DNA of 64,000 nt from a virus. Positions within the stretch are counted from its first letter, which is position 1, and each line of letters begins with the position of its first letter. The position numbers and the translations under genes are program-made. Below, in pieces: positions 38,342 through 47,956 of this stretch. Below the pieces are notes generated by a model. The model had not been told where the DNA came from, made no database searches, and saw only the letters and a program-made list of their open reading frames with translations. The stretch is from IMG/VR virus record IMGVR_UViG_3300033048_000096. The stretch is one strand, 5' to 3'.

Positions 38342-40048
38342 CTATTGTTGGTAGCCGCTTAACTTAATTAACCTTTCTTTTCTATTATTAATATTAGCAA
38401 GTTTATTTTTCCTCCCAAGAATAGATACGTGATAATGAGGACCGGCCATTTTAGTCTCGTCAACAATCTTTATGTTAAAATCATTATCTATACGCATCGC
38501 ACTTAACACCTCTTTTATACCGGAAGTTAACGAAAAATCCAAGGCTTGTCCTGGGTCCGTAATATGATGGCTTCCTACAGTTCTGCTTCTTATAACCTTA
38601 GCACCTAACTCTTGAGCATCTTTTCCTACCCCATAACTCTCAAATATATCTGACATCTTGCTTCCATAACTTTTTCCGTATAGCCCTTCCAGATACTCTC
38701 TTCCGCCATTCATTCCGCCATTATCATTCCAGTTTCTTCCCATCAAGGCGGATTGGTTTCTTATAGATCTCCAACCACTAGTTATTATTGGGGTCTGAAC
38801 ACCCATCTCCTTAGCTTTATTACCTATAGCCTCAATGAAATCTTTTACATCTTGGGTTACATTATTAATATTAACCCCGGGTTTAGTATAAACATTTCCT
38901 CTGGATACAGAAGTGTACCCAGAGGCTCGCTCCGGTACCCTGTTGGAACTTAAATTTCTATCCGGTATAATGAGATTATAAAGCTTATTTCTTCTCTCTC
39001 TAAAGCCTTCCGTTAATGATGGCGGAATTAAAGAACTAACTCCCCAGTTAGAACCGCTTAGCTCATTTTTCATTATACTAAGAGTCTCTTCTGGGCTTTT
39101 ATGAATATTATTCCACTCGTTTTTATATTTATTAGAATACCAAGATGCCCAACTATTATACGACGGACTAGATTGTTCTGAGATATTATTGTAATTAGCC
39201 TTCCACCACTCTTCTAGTTTTTTATATTCAGGGCCCTGCGATACATACGAGTTCCAATTATTAGCCAAGAAAGCAAACTTGTTATCTAATGCAGGGCTGC
39301 CGAGGTAATCAACCAAAATCTTCTTCTCTATCAATATATCTTTAAAATATCCTGACAAGGGAACGTTCTTAAATAAGCCCAGATCTTTAAGCAATTTGAG
39401 CGTTAGATCTTGATTTGCCTTAAGGGCTTTTCCAATTTTAACAGCTATATACTTGTCTTTTACGTTGCCCGAACTAAATAATGATGGATTGCTGATTGTG
39501 AACTCTTTAATCTCAGGAGCGATATCAAAATCATATCGTGCTGCAAGATTTATCGCGCGGTAAACTCTACGAGGATCATCGGTTAACGTAATTTCCGGAG
39601 GAACCGGGGTACGAATCAATTTACTTCTCATATCCTCAAAGCCTTGGCCAGTGGGATCCGTTATCTCCCCAGAAATTAAATCCTGATGCAAAGCATTTAT
39701 CGTGAAGTCTCTACTGAATGCTTCCTCAAAGCCCTCGTTAGCCCCATTTAAATGTTTCACTACCCCGTCAGATACGAAATTGCTTGAAAAGTCTAAATCA
39801 AATTCTTCAGAAAATACTGTAACATGACCGTCGTCAGAAAGCTCGAAAGTAACATTTAATTCTTCGGCCAATAAAATTCCCAGTCTTAAAACCTCAGATG
39901 AATTAGTTGTTAGATCTATATCTGTAGTCTTTACGTTAGGGATATCCATAAATATATCTCTGGGTAACCCACCAACAACAAAAGTCTTGTCAATAAGGTA
40001 TTTATTAGCTATGCTATCAATAAACTTAAGCGTATCTTTTAAACTCAT
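38342..40048 (-). CDS. CCA-adding enzyme/poly(A) polymerase-family nucleotidyltransferase fused to peptidase M15-like domain
   Basis: VVGGLPRD...DIDLTT...RDFTINAL...DPTGQG...DDPRRVYRAI (class II NTase). C-terminal ITSGWRS...SHH...ALDF...HYHVS (M15/LAS metallopeptidase). Confidence 0.85.
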   Translation of the reverse strand: MSLKDTLKFIDSIANKYLIDKTFVVGGLPRDIFMDIPNVKTTDIDLTTNSSEVLRLGILLAEELNVTFELSDDGHVTVFSEEFDLDFSSNFVSDGVVKHLNGANEGFEEAFSRDFTINALHQDLISGEITDPTGQGFEDMRSKLIRTPVPPEITLTDDPRRVYRAINLAARYDFDIAPEIKEFTISNPSLFSSGNVKDKYIAVKIGKALKANQDLTLKLLKDLGLFKNVPLSGYFKDILIEKKILVDYLGSPALDNKFAFLANNWNSYVSQGPEYKKLEEWWKANYNNISEQSSPSYNSWASWYSNKYKNEWNNIHKSPEETLSIMKNELSGSNWGVSSLIPPSLTEGFRERRNKLYNLIIPDRNLSSNRVPERASGYTSVSRGNVYTKPGVNINNVTQDVKDFIEAIGNKAKEMGVQTPIITSGWRSIRNQSALMGRNWNDNGGMNGGREYLEGLYGKSYGSKMSDIFESYGVGKDAQELGAKVIRSRTVGSHHITDPGQALDFSLTSGIKEVLSAMRIDNDFNIKIVDETKMAGPHYHVSILGRKNKLANINNRKERLIKLSGYQQ

Positions 40049-40058
40049 TTAGAACCCC

Positions 40059-41594
40059 TTAAACTAATGGCTCGTCTGGCTGCTTAACTGGAGAAACTTT
40101 AGACTCCTCAATTCCCTGCTGTATAGCTGCGGCACCTCTATCTGTCTCATCTTCATTCTCTGGCTCGAAAACCTTTCTAACCTCTTTCTTCGTGCGGCTA
40201 TTTAATTCATTCTTTTTAGCGTCAGATATCTCAATCAAGCTCTTGCCACTAGCCAACATTCCAAGCATCTTAGTGACACGAGTTAAGGCATATGAATTAC
40301 CATCAATTAGCTTACTTTGAGCTTCAGCTAATTCGGGAAACATTGCAGCGATACCAATCTTGTCAATCATAATATCAAACTCAGCTAACATACGAATGGT
40401 TCTTCTGTCTGATAACCTTCCAGCGATCTCCTCAAGTTTAATGACGGCATCAGTTAATGTTATGGGACCACCTAACTGCTCATACTCACCCTCTCTAGCC
40501 TGAGAACCGCCAGACAAAGCTTTGCTTAATGAGCTTTCGTTAACCTCTTCTGACTCATTTCTATCAGGTGTCAGCTCAGAAATTCCTTCTGATATGGGTT
40601 CAGGGACATCATCTAATGTGGGCTCTAGGACATCCTCTGATATGGTGTCTGGAATATTCTCTGATATGGGCTCAGGAACATCCTCTCTGTTCTCTAATGG
40701 ACCTGGAGATAGATCCTGAGAGAATTTCATTAGCTCATCATGGCCTTTTGAGAATCCAGCTTTCTTAAACTTATTTGCATATTTAAATGATAAATCCGAT
40801 GCAGTTACCTCATGCTTAAGACTTCTAACCTCTTGATCAAAATGATGAAGCAGGTCGGCCAAGTCTCTATGCGTTTCCTTATCTATGTGATCATCACTTT
40901 GCCTAAGAAGCTTATCAATCCTTCTTATCGCAGAATATAACTTGCTGCGCCATTCTATATACTCACCCTTAGAATCGTGCTTTTTAAATGATGGATTGTT
41001 TTTAGGAACAATAGCGTTATCAGGCCCGTAAGTACCTGGGCCCATTAGCGGAAATTGAAATCCATTTTTCTTTATATTGTCTTCTTCGTCAGAACTGTAT
41101 TTTAGATGCTCCCCTTTTTGATAATACTGAATCCATTTTTTGAACTTTTCATCCTCGGAGGTTTTAAGATCTAAACTGCCAGCATAATAATCTATAGCGC
41201 TAGGTAAATTCATGTCGCCGCTACTTACAGCGTCATAAATCTTATGAACCAACCCTGACCACTTATCTATGTCAAATTCCTGATCACCTTCCTGAGGGCC
41301 AAACATCATCGGATAAGAGAACTTTTTAATCTCCCTATTTTCCATCGCTGACTTGAATATTAAATAATAATAATCGTTCAATGTTTTTAGACTGTAATCA
41401 TCCTTATTGTCAAATGACTCAATGACCAATTTTGGATTTAGACGGCTACCAAAAGTTGCCTCAATTATATTATGAATATTTACAAGATCTCTATAATCAG
41501 ACGAAGACTTAACAAGCACTTCCGGGTACAAGATCATAACTTTTTTTAAATCTTTTTTAAAGCTCATTTTTCTTCTCAACATTTTTGATAGCAT
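40059..41594 (-). CDS. Putative internal head protein with short DVPEPISE repeats
   Basis: 511 aa (likely start MSFKK at 41567); VKSS, KKFS, LKYS, FKYA, MKFS motifs. Confidence 0.55.
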   Translation of the reverse strand: MLSKMLRRKMSFKKDLKKVMILYPEVLVKSSSDYRDLVNIHNIIEATFGSRLNPKLVIESFDNKDDYSLKTLNDYYYLIFKSAMENREIKKFSYPMMFGPQEGDQEFDIDKWSGLVHKIYDAVSSGDMNLPSAIDYYAGSLDLKTSEDEKFKKWIQYYQKGEHLKYSSDEEDNIKKNGFQFPLMGPGTYGPDNAIVPKNNPSFKKHDSKGEYIEWRSKLYSAIRRIDKLLRQSDDHIDKETHRDLADLLHHFDQEVRSLKHEVTASDLSFKYANKFKKAGFSKGHDELMKFSQDLSPGPLENREDVPEPISENIPDTISEDVLEPTLDDVPEPISEGISELTPDRNESEEVNESSLSKALSGGSQAREGEYEQLGGPITLTDAVIKLEEIAGRLSDRRTIRMLAEFDIMIDKIGIAAMFPELAEAQSKLIDGNSYALTRVTKMLGMLASGKSLIEISDAKKNELNSRTKKEVRKVFEPENEDETDRGAAAIQQGIEESKVSPVKQPDEPLV

Positions 41595-41817
41595 CTATCC
41601 AGGATTCCAGCTGTCTAATCAACTTTAGCCAAAAAGAATTATCAATATCTTTGGCATTAGACACAGCCCTCTTAATATAAGTAAGAAATATTAACAAGTG
41701 CTCATCAGGAATCTTCTTATCTTCATATATCTCTGCAATGTTTTCTTTTAGCCACAATCTAAATGATTCTATATTCTTTAAATTGTCTTGTGTTATGAAG
41801 TTATACCTATTATGCAT
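41557..41817 (-). CDS. Hypothetical protein
   Basis: 86 aa overlapping neighbours. Confidence 0.55.
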   Translation of the reverse strand: MHNRYNFITQDNLKNIESFRLWLKENIAEIYEDKKIPDEHLLIFLTYIKRAVSNAKDIDNSFWLKLIRQLESWIDAIKNVEKKNEL

Positions 41818-42511
41818 CTATAACTTCCAATCTGTTGTAATTATTATAACTTTCAGAATTATGCTTCGTGTTAATAAGTTTTGAGTTTACCTTCTCAACG
41901 AACATAGGTATCAACGACGGGTCCAAATCTTGAAGGACCTCGAATACAATGTTCTTTAGAACAGTTACTTGTTCGTTAACGACAGTTATGTTTATGTTGT
42001 GATCGATGGTCTTATCCGCGACTCCCTCAACATACTTTTTCCAATCCTGAACTAATCCGCGCTGAGTGTTAAGAAGATCAATTAACATCTTATCCTCCTT
42101 TAGACTGCCATTGTTAGTTTGCAATGTGTTGAAATAAAACTCAATTCTAGTGCTCACAAGCGTAAGCATCTCAAGAATCTTTCTGTTAGCGTCTAACTCG
42201 GTAGATACAATCTCATCTAACTTCTGCTGATATGCTGATGAATTTGAGATAATTGATCTGGCATTTAAAGCGTCAGAATCGCTATCACTTTCTTTTCTTG
42301 CTGTCTTTAAGTTATCAAGAACCTCTCCATGTACACCTAAATGCTCTTTTCTGAATTTCTGCAATGTGGCGTAAGAAATTTGAAGGCGTCTTTTTCTGGG
42401 ATGTTTCCTTTTTAACCAAGCTTCAACTTTTTTCACAGACTCTCCGTTAAGAAGCTTCTTGATAATCTCTTCCCTCTCTGGGTGCCCAAATACTTTGTTC
42501 TGCTTTTCCAT
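41810..42511 (-). CDS. HTH + coiled-coil protein, possible terminase small subunit
   Basis: HPEREEI...LLNGES...ISYATL N-terminal HTH, long helices, terminal beta strand (HNINITVV); upstream of terL. Confidence 0.4.
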   Translation of the reverse strand: MEKQNKVFGHPEREEIIKKLLNGESVKKVEAWLKRKHPRKRRLQISYATLQKFRKEHLGVHGEVLDNLKTARKESDSDSDALNARSIISNSSAYQQKLDEIVSTELDANRKILEMLTLVSTRIEFYFNTLQTNNGSLKEDKMLIDLLNTQRGLVQDWKKYVEGVADKTIDHNINITVVNEQVTVLKNIVFEVLQDLDPSLIPMFVEKVNSKLINTKHNSESYNNYNRLEVIDA

Positions 42512-42523
42512 TATTTATACCTC

Positions 42524-42557
42524 AAAAACAAAAGCCCGCTAATAATCGTAGCAGGCT
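42524..42557 (-). terminator. Rho-independent terminator
   Basis: Minus strand AGCCTGCTA...TAGCGGGCT-TTTGTTTTT. Confidence 0.6.
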
Positions 42558-42590
42558 AATCATGTAAATATATTATACCAATTAAATCTC

Positions 42591-43055
42591 TCAGCTTCTA
42601 TTTAAAATGTCCGTCTGCAAAGAAACTCTGCCTCCGACAAACGTCTCCCCATCTTCCGTTTTGAAGCCATCGTTCCAATCGTAAATTTTATTAGTTATTG
42701 GGTCCTGAAAAACACCGTCAGAAACTCTGCGGGCCTGAACACCAACTCTATCAGGTGAGTATCTTGTCGACAATGAACGATCAAATACGTCCGTAGAAAG
42801 ATCGGTCTTTTTGTGATCAGATAATCCAACGCCGTATAGCTTGGAACTATCGTCATCGCCTCCACGCTCTACTGTCTTATGGCCGCGAGTATCATACTCA
42901 GATGAGGTACCTCGGGAATTCTGTAAAATCCCGTACTCTTCTGCCGTCTTAAGGATTGAATGTAATGCAGTTATTCTCATTGCTCTGGCAAGCTTTTTGT
43001 TTTTTAATTTATTAGCCTGCTTTAACACTAACCCAACTTTAGTCTCTTTACTCAT
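42591..43055 (-). CDS. Hypothetical head-module protein
   Basis: 154 aa; LKQA, KKLA, LKTA motifs; RSLSTRYSPD conserved-looking block. Confidence 0.6.
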   Translation of the reverse strand: MSKETKVGLVLKQANKLKNKKLARAMRITALHSILKTAEEYGILQNSRGTSSEYDTRGHKTVERGGDDDSSKLYGVGLSDHKKTDLSTDVFDRSLSTRYSPDRVGVQARRVSDGVFQDPITNKIYDWNDGFKTEDGETFVGGRVSLQTDILNRS

Positions 43056-43063
43056 TAGATCTC

Positions 43064-44641
43064 CTAGGTAAGTAATATTCTGCTTGTATTAATTGAATTA
43101 CTTTCAATTTGATTATCCGCTCTAAGCCTTCTACCCTTAGGGATCACTCTGCCTTTCTCGTCAAAAGAAATTTTGCTGACAGGTAGGGCCAGGTGCGGGC
43201 TGTAAAGCTCTACGGAGGTTGGGACCTTAATTAAATCTCCGCGATCAAATGCCGCCTTAATAAGCTCCTTTCTTTTTGAACTGTCAGAAGAATACTTTAT
43301 CATCTCAGAATACTTATCAAAAGCCGCTACGTACTGATCACTACCAAAACGATGATTTATCGTCTGTAAGGCGTCCTCAGCTAATTTGTAATCTTGCTTA
43401 GCTACACCATCAAGAACCCGATCCATCAGCTGGTGATACGACATGGACGCTAGTATGCCTGTATGTCTAGCCACATTAAGCGATTCGCTTTTCGTACTCA
43501 AACCGTTGGCGAAGTTTTCAAAACCTTCCTTGCTGAAGTCAAAAACTTTCTGCTCATCTGACGCAACATTCGCCGCAAATCTATTGGGCAATAAAGGCAT
43601 TCCGTTAGAAATCTCCACAGGAACATGCACTACCGAATTCCCTAGTCTCGTAGGAATGTGAACATCAAACAAAATCCCGCGTTCACTCGATGAAGCGATC
43701 TTTATATTAGTACTTGCCGCGCCGAATGACGCAAACTCAGCACCAAGCATTCCTATCGCTAACTGAATATGGTTAGCGTCGAATTTACTCGCTGCAGCCA
43801 CTAACGCATTTTCTAAGTCAGCAAACTGCTCTAAGCTATTAGGAATAACAGACTTTCTCATCTCTAATGATGGGGCACCGTCTCCTCTCGCTGTGGCGAA
43901 ACGTCTATTCTGATTGGCCTTGAGACTCTTCTCCTGCTCCTTGATCGCTAAATACAAATTTCTGCCGTCAAGCTCAACGGCCTCTTCTGCAATTATAATA
44001 TGCTTAGGCTCTCTAGCTACACCATCCGTTATCTGAACAGGTATTAGTGTCGTTACACTAGATAAGTTGCTAGTCTTATGAGTTGCTGCGCAAAGAGCGA
44101 AGTGCTCGTTAGACTCTACTATATCAACGCCCGATGGCATATACCCCAAACCACTCAGCTTAGCTATTACCGCCTTTTTAACACTCTTGTCTTCACCGGG
44201 CTTATATGTGCCGAATGATGCACTCCTTCCTAATGAGAATAGAACCGAAAAAGCGTCGGAAAGCTCAGAATCCTTATTGATAGGCTCCAATGGATTTTCT
44301 GACATCTTACGCTTATTCGATCCAGCATGGACAATTTTGGCGAACCGTCTATTGGGAGGTAGCAAATCCTCTAATGTGTCTCTAAATGCAGTGTGACCAC
44401 CGGACATACCATATAGTTGGTCATAAAGCTTTCCAATCTCACTTTGCTTTATATACTCTCTGTTTTTAGCCACCTTAACTAAAACATCACGCATGTTGCA
44501 TATCAGCTGATCAGTTGAGTTTTCATTGGCAGCTTTTTGAAGTCTAATAACAACATAATCAGCTGGGTATGTTTTGCCAGACTCCATCTGAGCTAATGCC
44601 TCTTGGGCTTCTTTTAAAATTTTTCTAATTTCTTTACTCAT
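43064..44641 (-). CDS. Hypothetical virion-associated protein with internal duplication
   Basis: 525 aa; two similar segments (TLIPVQITDG / VHVPVEISNG); K-x-A/S motifs. Confidence 0.6.
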   Translation of the reverse strand: MSKEIRKILKEAQEALAQMESGKTYPADYVVIRLQKAANENSTDQLICNMRDVLVKVAKNREYIKQSEIGKLYDQLYGMSGGHTAFRDTLEDLLPPNRRFAKIVHAGSNKRKMSENPLEPINKDSELSDAFSVLFSLGRSASFGTYKPGEDKSVKKAVIAKLSGLGYMPSGVDIVESNEHFALCAATHKTSNLSSVTTLIPVQITDGVAREPKHIIIAEEAVELDGRNLYLAIKEQEKSLKANQNRRFATARGDGAPSLEMRKSVIPNSLEQFADLENALVAAASKFDANHIQLAIGMLGAEFASFGAASTNIKIASSSERGILFDVHIPTRLGNSVVHVPVEISNGMPLLPNRFAANVASDEQKVFDFSKEGFENFANGLSTKSESLNVARHTGILASMSYHQLMDRVLDGVAKQDYKLAEDALQTINHRFGSDQYVAAFDKYSEMIKYSSDSSKRKELIKAAFDRGDLIKVPTSVELYSPHLALPVSKISFDEKGRVIPKGRRLRADNQIESNSINTSRILLT

Positions 44642-44653
44642 TTTAACAACCCT

Positions 44654-45160
44654 TTATAAAAACTTTTTTAATTCTGGAAAAGTACTGGCTAATGCTAATC
44701 TTTTTGCCTTAGGCTGCTCGTCGAAAACATCCTTAACAAATGCTTCATCATTCGTCGCGCTATCAAGTAATGCAGCTTTAAATGTTATTATATCATTAGA
44801 TGAAAAGCCGTACTTGTCAGATGAAAAGCCGGCTACAGGTACCTTATTATATGATAGTGTGACGTTGTTTTTGTCGTAATTGCTAGTTACCGTCCAGTTG
44901 CCATCACCAGACTTATCATACTGCGGATCTGAAGCTCGGACTAGATGGGGGCTTCCGTCGACATCCTGAACAACCCACAAACCATCGTAAGGATCATTCT
45001 CCATTCTGAAAACATCAAATGCAACACGCTTAATCGTTCCGTTACTCTCTAACTCTTCAGAATAAGCAATTTTATTTTTATTGCTAACACTACTTGATGT
45101 TCTTTCAATAACATCCTGTAAAACCCTATCAATGTTCGCTAAGTATTTTTCTTTAGACAT
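44654..45160 (-). CDS. Hypothetical protein
   Basis: Start MSKEK at 45160 (GAGGG RBS); NKIA, KRVAFDVF, LVRAS motifs. Confidence 0.6.
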   Translation of the reverse strand: MSKEKYLANIDRVLQDVIERTSSSVSNKNKIAYSEELESNGTIKRVAFDVFRMENDPYDGLWVVQDVDGSPHLVRASDPQYDKSGDGNWTVTSNYDKNNVTLSYNKVPVAGFSSDKYGFSSNDIITFKAALLDSATNDEAFVKDVFDEQPKAKRLALASTFPELKKFL

Positions 45161-45214
45161 TTCAAGCCCTCGTATGTAATTTTCCAATGTTATTAATAGA
45201 AATTCTATTGTAGA

Positions 45215-45649
45215 TTAATCCTGAATTCCATTCTTTACGTTATTGATTTTTATCAATATATGCTGTATATTTCCGTTATTCTTGCAAATCTTTCTTAATT
45301 TCTTAATAATACCGCCATAACGCTTCTTGTTGTTTTTATAATCTATATTTCCGTGCATTGCCTTATGTACAGCCGATTGGGTTATCCCTAGATGGTCAGC
45401 TATCTCATTTTGAGTCTTCCCCATAAGCCTCATTAATAGTATTTTTTTCTGATGCTCCGTTAAAAACTCGCCGTGGACCACGTCATATAGCTCCTCCATC
45501 AAGGTTTCTCTCAAATCAGCGATCTTCTCGTTCGTTGTAGTCTCCGATAAAATGTGACCGATTCCGCGCTCCATCGGAAAATTACTCAACTTTGCCTGGT
45601 CAAAGGATATCTCCACAATCTTATGCTGGTATAACTTACTCTTGTTCAT
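45215..45649 (-). CDS. Sigma70 region-4-like HTH DNA-binding protein
   Basis: LTEHQKKILLMRLMGKTQNEIADHLGITQSAVHKAM. Confidence 0.7.
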   Translation of the reverse strand: MNKSKLYQHKIVEISFDQAKLSNFPMERGIGHILSETTTNEKIADLRETLMEELYDVVHGEFLTEHQKKILLMRLMGKTQNEIADHLGITQSAVHKAMHGNIDYKNNKKRYGGIIKKLRKICKNNGNIQHILIKINNVKNGIQD

Positions 45650-47186
45650 AATAATTCCCCTTATTAAACTCTTCTTCTAATATAACTTCAATATTCTTTA
45701 GATCAAAATGAGAAATCCTTAACAAGTTGATTTCAAACTTCTCACAATAATCGTTCTTTATCTTATCTAACTTCTTGATATAACTTAAGCTATCCTCGTT
45801 ACCGCCCCAACCAGTTATGTGCTGTAAGCCGTCATACTCAATGCATAAATTATGCTCCTTAACATAAAAATCAAACTTTAACTCACGCTTATTTCTGCAG
45901 TCACTAAACTTCTTCTGAGTCTCAAATGATAAACACCTGCTCTTTAAAAATTTAAAGACGCTTCTCTCTCCAATACTCTGCTTGCAGTCAGCGCAACCGT
46001 GACCCGATAAATGATCTGACGGCCATTGACTAAAATCACCATGATTAACGCAAGTTATGATAACCTTTGCCTTCGATGACGTATAATTCAAATTAGGATA
46101 CTCATATAGATTCTGATGTATACCTCTGGCTAGTGATATAAACTCCTCATTGCTATATTTTCGGTCATGGCTCTTTGATAGCATTATACTCTCTCCACAT
46201 TTCTGACACCCATGCGTCCTTAAGTGATTTGTCGGTGTTTGCTCAAATATGCCATGCTTCGCGCATGACATCCTATATAGAAAACTCATTCCTCTGTAAT
46301 TTTCTTCACTATATATATACTTATCCCCATGAACCTCGTTGGCTTTTTTTATAAACTCATTAAAATCATCCCTATTCTTATTTGCAGCTGAATTAATTCC
46401 GCAAAGCTTGCAACCAAACCCTACGATGTGAGCCTTCGGTGTTTGATAAAACTTTCCATGCTCATTACATATTATACCAACTTTGATCCCAGAATTCTTG
46501 TAAATAATATCATCATAATTATACAGGCTTCCGTGAACCTTAAAAGCCTTCTCCTTGAATGTCGAAAATAAACCACTCCTCCTCTTTTCTAACTTGCAAG
46601 AATTGCAACCACCACTGCCCTTTAAATGAAGATTATTCTTAATCCATACTCTACCATGATCGTTGCAATAAATCTCAATCTCTTTTCCGAGCTTATAATG
46701 ATAATTATCTCCATGAATCTTTTTAGCATTAATAACGAAGTCTGAAAAATTAAACGATGAACGCAAAGAACGCTCCTTCCTTGAGCAATCTTTGCAACCT
46801 TGATCTCCATACAAATGATTAAAAGGAGCTTGGTAAAATTTACCGTGCTCCTTACATATAATTTTTATTCTTATTTTCGATGTTATATAATCAACCTCAC
46901 TATAATCATACCTACCCGAATATAACCCGTAAGCTTTCTTTAGAAATATTTCAAAGTTTCCGCTTCGCCTTTTCGCGTTCCTAACCTCAGCGCGACATAA
47001 CTTGCAACCTCCATATTTACTCAGAAACGTCCCGGGCTTCTGAGAGAAATCTCCATGAGTTAAACAGGTTATTATGACATCCTCCCAAGAACCTAAATAT
47101 TTCACTCGCTCATAAGAATATAATTCCCCATATAACTTAATGGCCTTATCTAAGAAATTATAACTTAAACTACTTTTCATTGCCAA
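45636..47186 (-). mobile_element. Homing-endonuclease-like gene: 6 Zn modules plus PD-(D/E)XK nuclease
   Basis: Six CxxHG...CxxC modules; FDFYVKEHNLCIEYDGLQH. Confidence 0.8.
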
Positions 47187-47938
47187 CCTGGTATGTACTT
47201 ATCTAGATCCTCGGAAAATGACTCGGCAGTCCCTCCCTTTAGAAAATAATCGTCTATGTCCTTGCAGTTAGGGGGTAAGGATAAAAATCTTAACTTAATC
47301 CCCTTATTGCAATATTTTAAATATATCCTCTCCATAGATTTTCGACCGCCATCATCCCGGTCCAATACGAATGTTATCTTGTCTGTATATCTAGACAACT
47401 TAAGCATGTGATTCTTTGAGAATGATGTTCCACATATAGCAACCGAATTGTTAATGCCGTTCGAATCTAATGCTATATGATCAAAATATCCCTCAACTAC
47501 ATAAGCATTGCTCTCGCGAAACATACTGCCACGAGACTTATCTAGACCGTATAAATAATCTCCCTTTTTAAATGTACTGTTATTATACTTGGGCAAATTA
47601 AACACACCGCGCTCTATAGGATCCAATAAGCATCTGCCACCTATACCGATCGGCTCACCATATTCGGAAAAAATAGGAAATATTAAATGAAAAAATTCCG
47701 AGAACTTGCTGTTCCCAGAATAATCTACTATACTTAATTTGTTCAAAACACCTTCAGACACAAACTCTATTAACTTGGAAACACTCTGGGGGAAATATCC
47801 AATCTTATACTTCTCTATCGACTCCAAAGATAAACCGCGCTCACTCTGTAAATAATTTAAACTCTCATTAGAATTGGTTAGGTTTAGGTGGCAAATATCT
47901 ATTAACTTGCTCATTTCAGCTTGCTCATCTTTATTCAT
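47177..47938 (-). CDS. dnaG: DNA primase, DnaG-type catalytic core (TOPRIM) lacking the N-terminal zinc-binding domain
   Basis: YLQSERGL...IGY...IFPI...IGIGGR...KYNNS...YLYGL...VVEGYFD...AICGTSF...DRDDGG...KDIDD. Confidence 0.85.
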   Translation of the reverse strand: MNKDEQAEMSKLIDICHLNLTNSNESLNYLQSERGLSLESIEKYKIGYFPQSVSKLIEFVSEGVLNKLSIVDYSGNSKFSEFFHLIFPIFSEYGEPIGIGGRCLLDPIERGVFNLPKYNNSTFKKGDYLYGLDKSRGSMFRESNAYVVEGYFDHIALDSNGINNSVAICGTSFSKNHMLKLSRYTDKITFVLDRDDGGRKSMERIYLKYCNKGIKLRFLSLPPNCKDIDDYFLKGGTAESFSEDLDKYIPGWQ

Positions 47939-47956
47939 TTAACTTAACTGCTCCAC

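Noticed and set aside
38338-38344. TAG read-through or recoded genetic code (568-aa and 93-aa ORFs are in frame across a TAG)
   Set aside because: Long genes are intact under code 11, and other TAG stops overlap the next gene's AGGAG SD (38057, 43064); one in-frame case is expected by chance.
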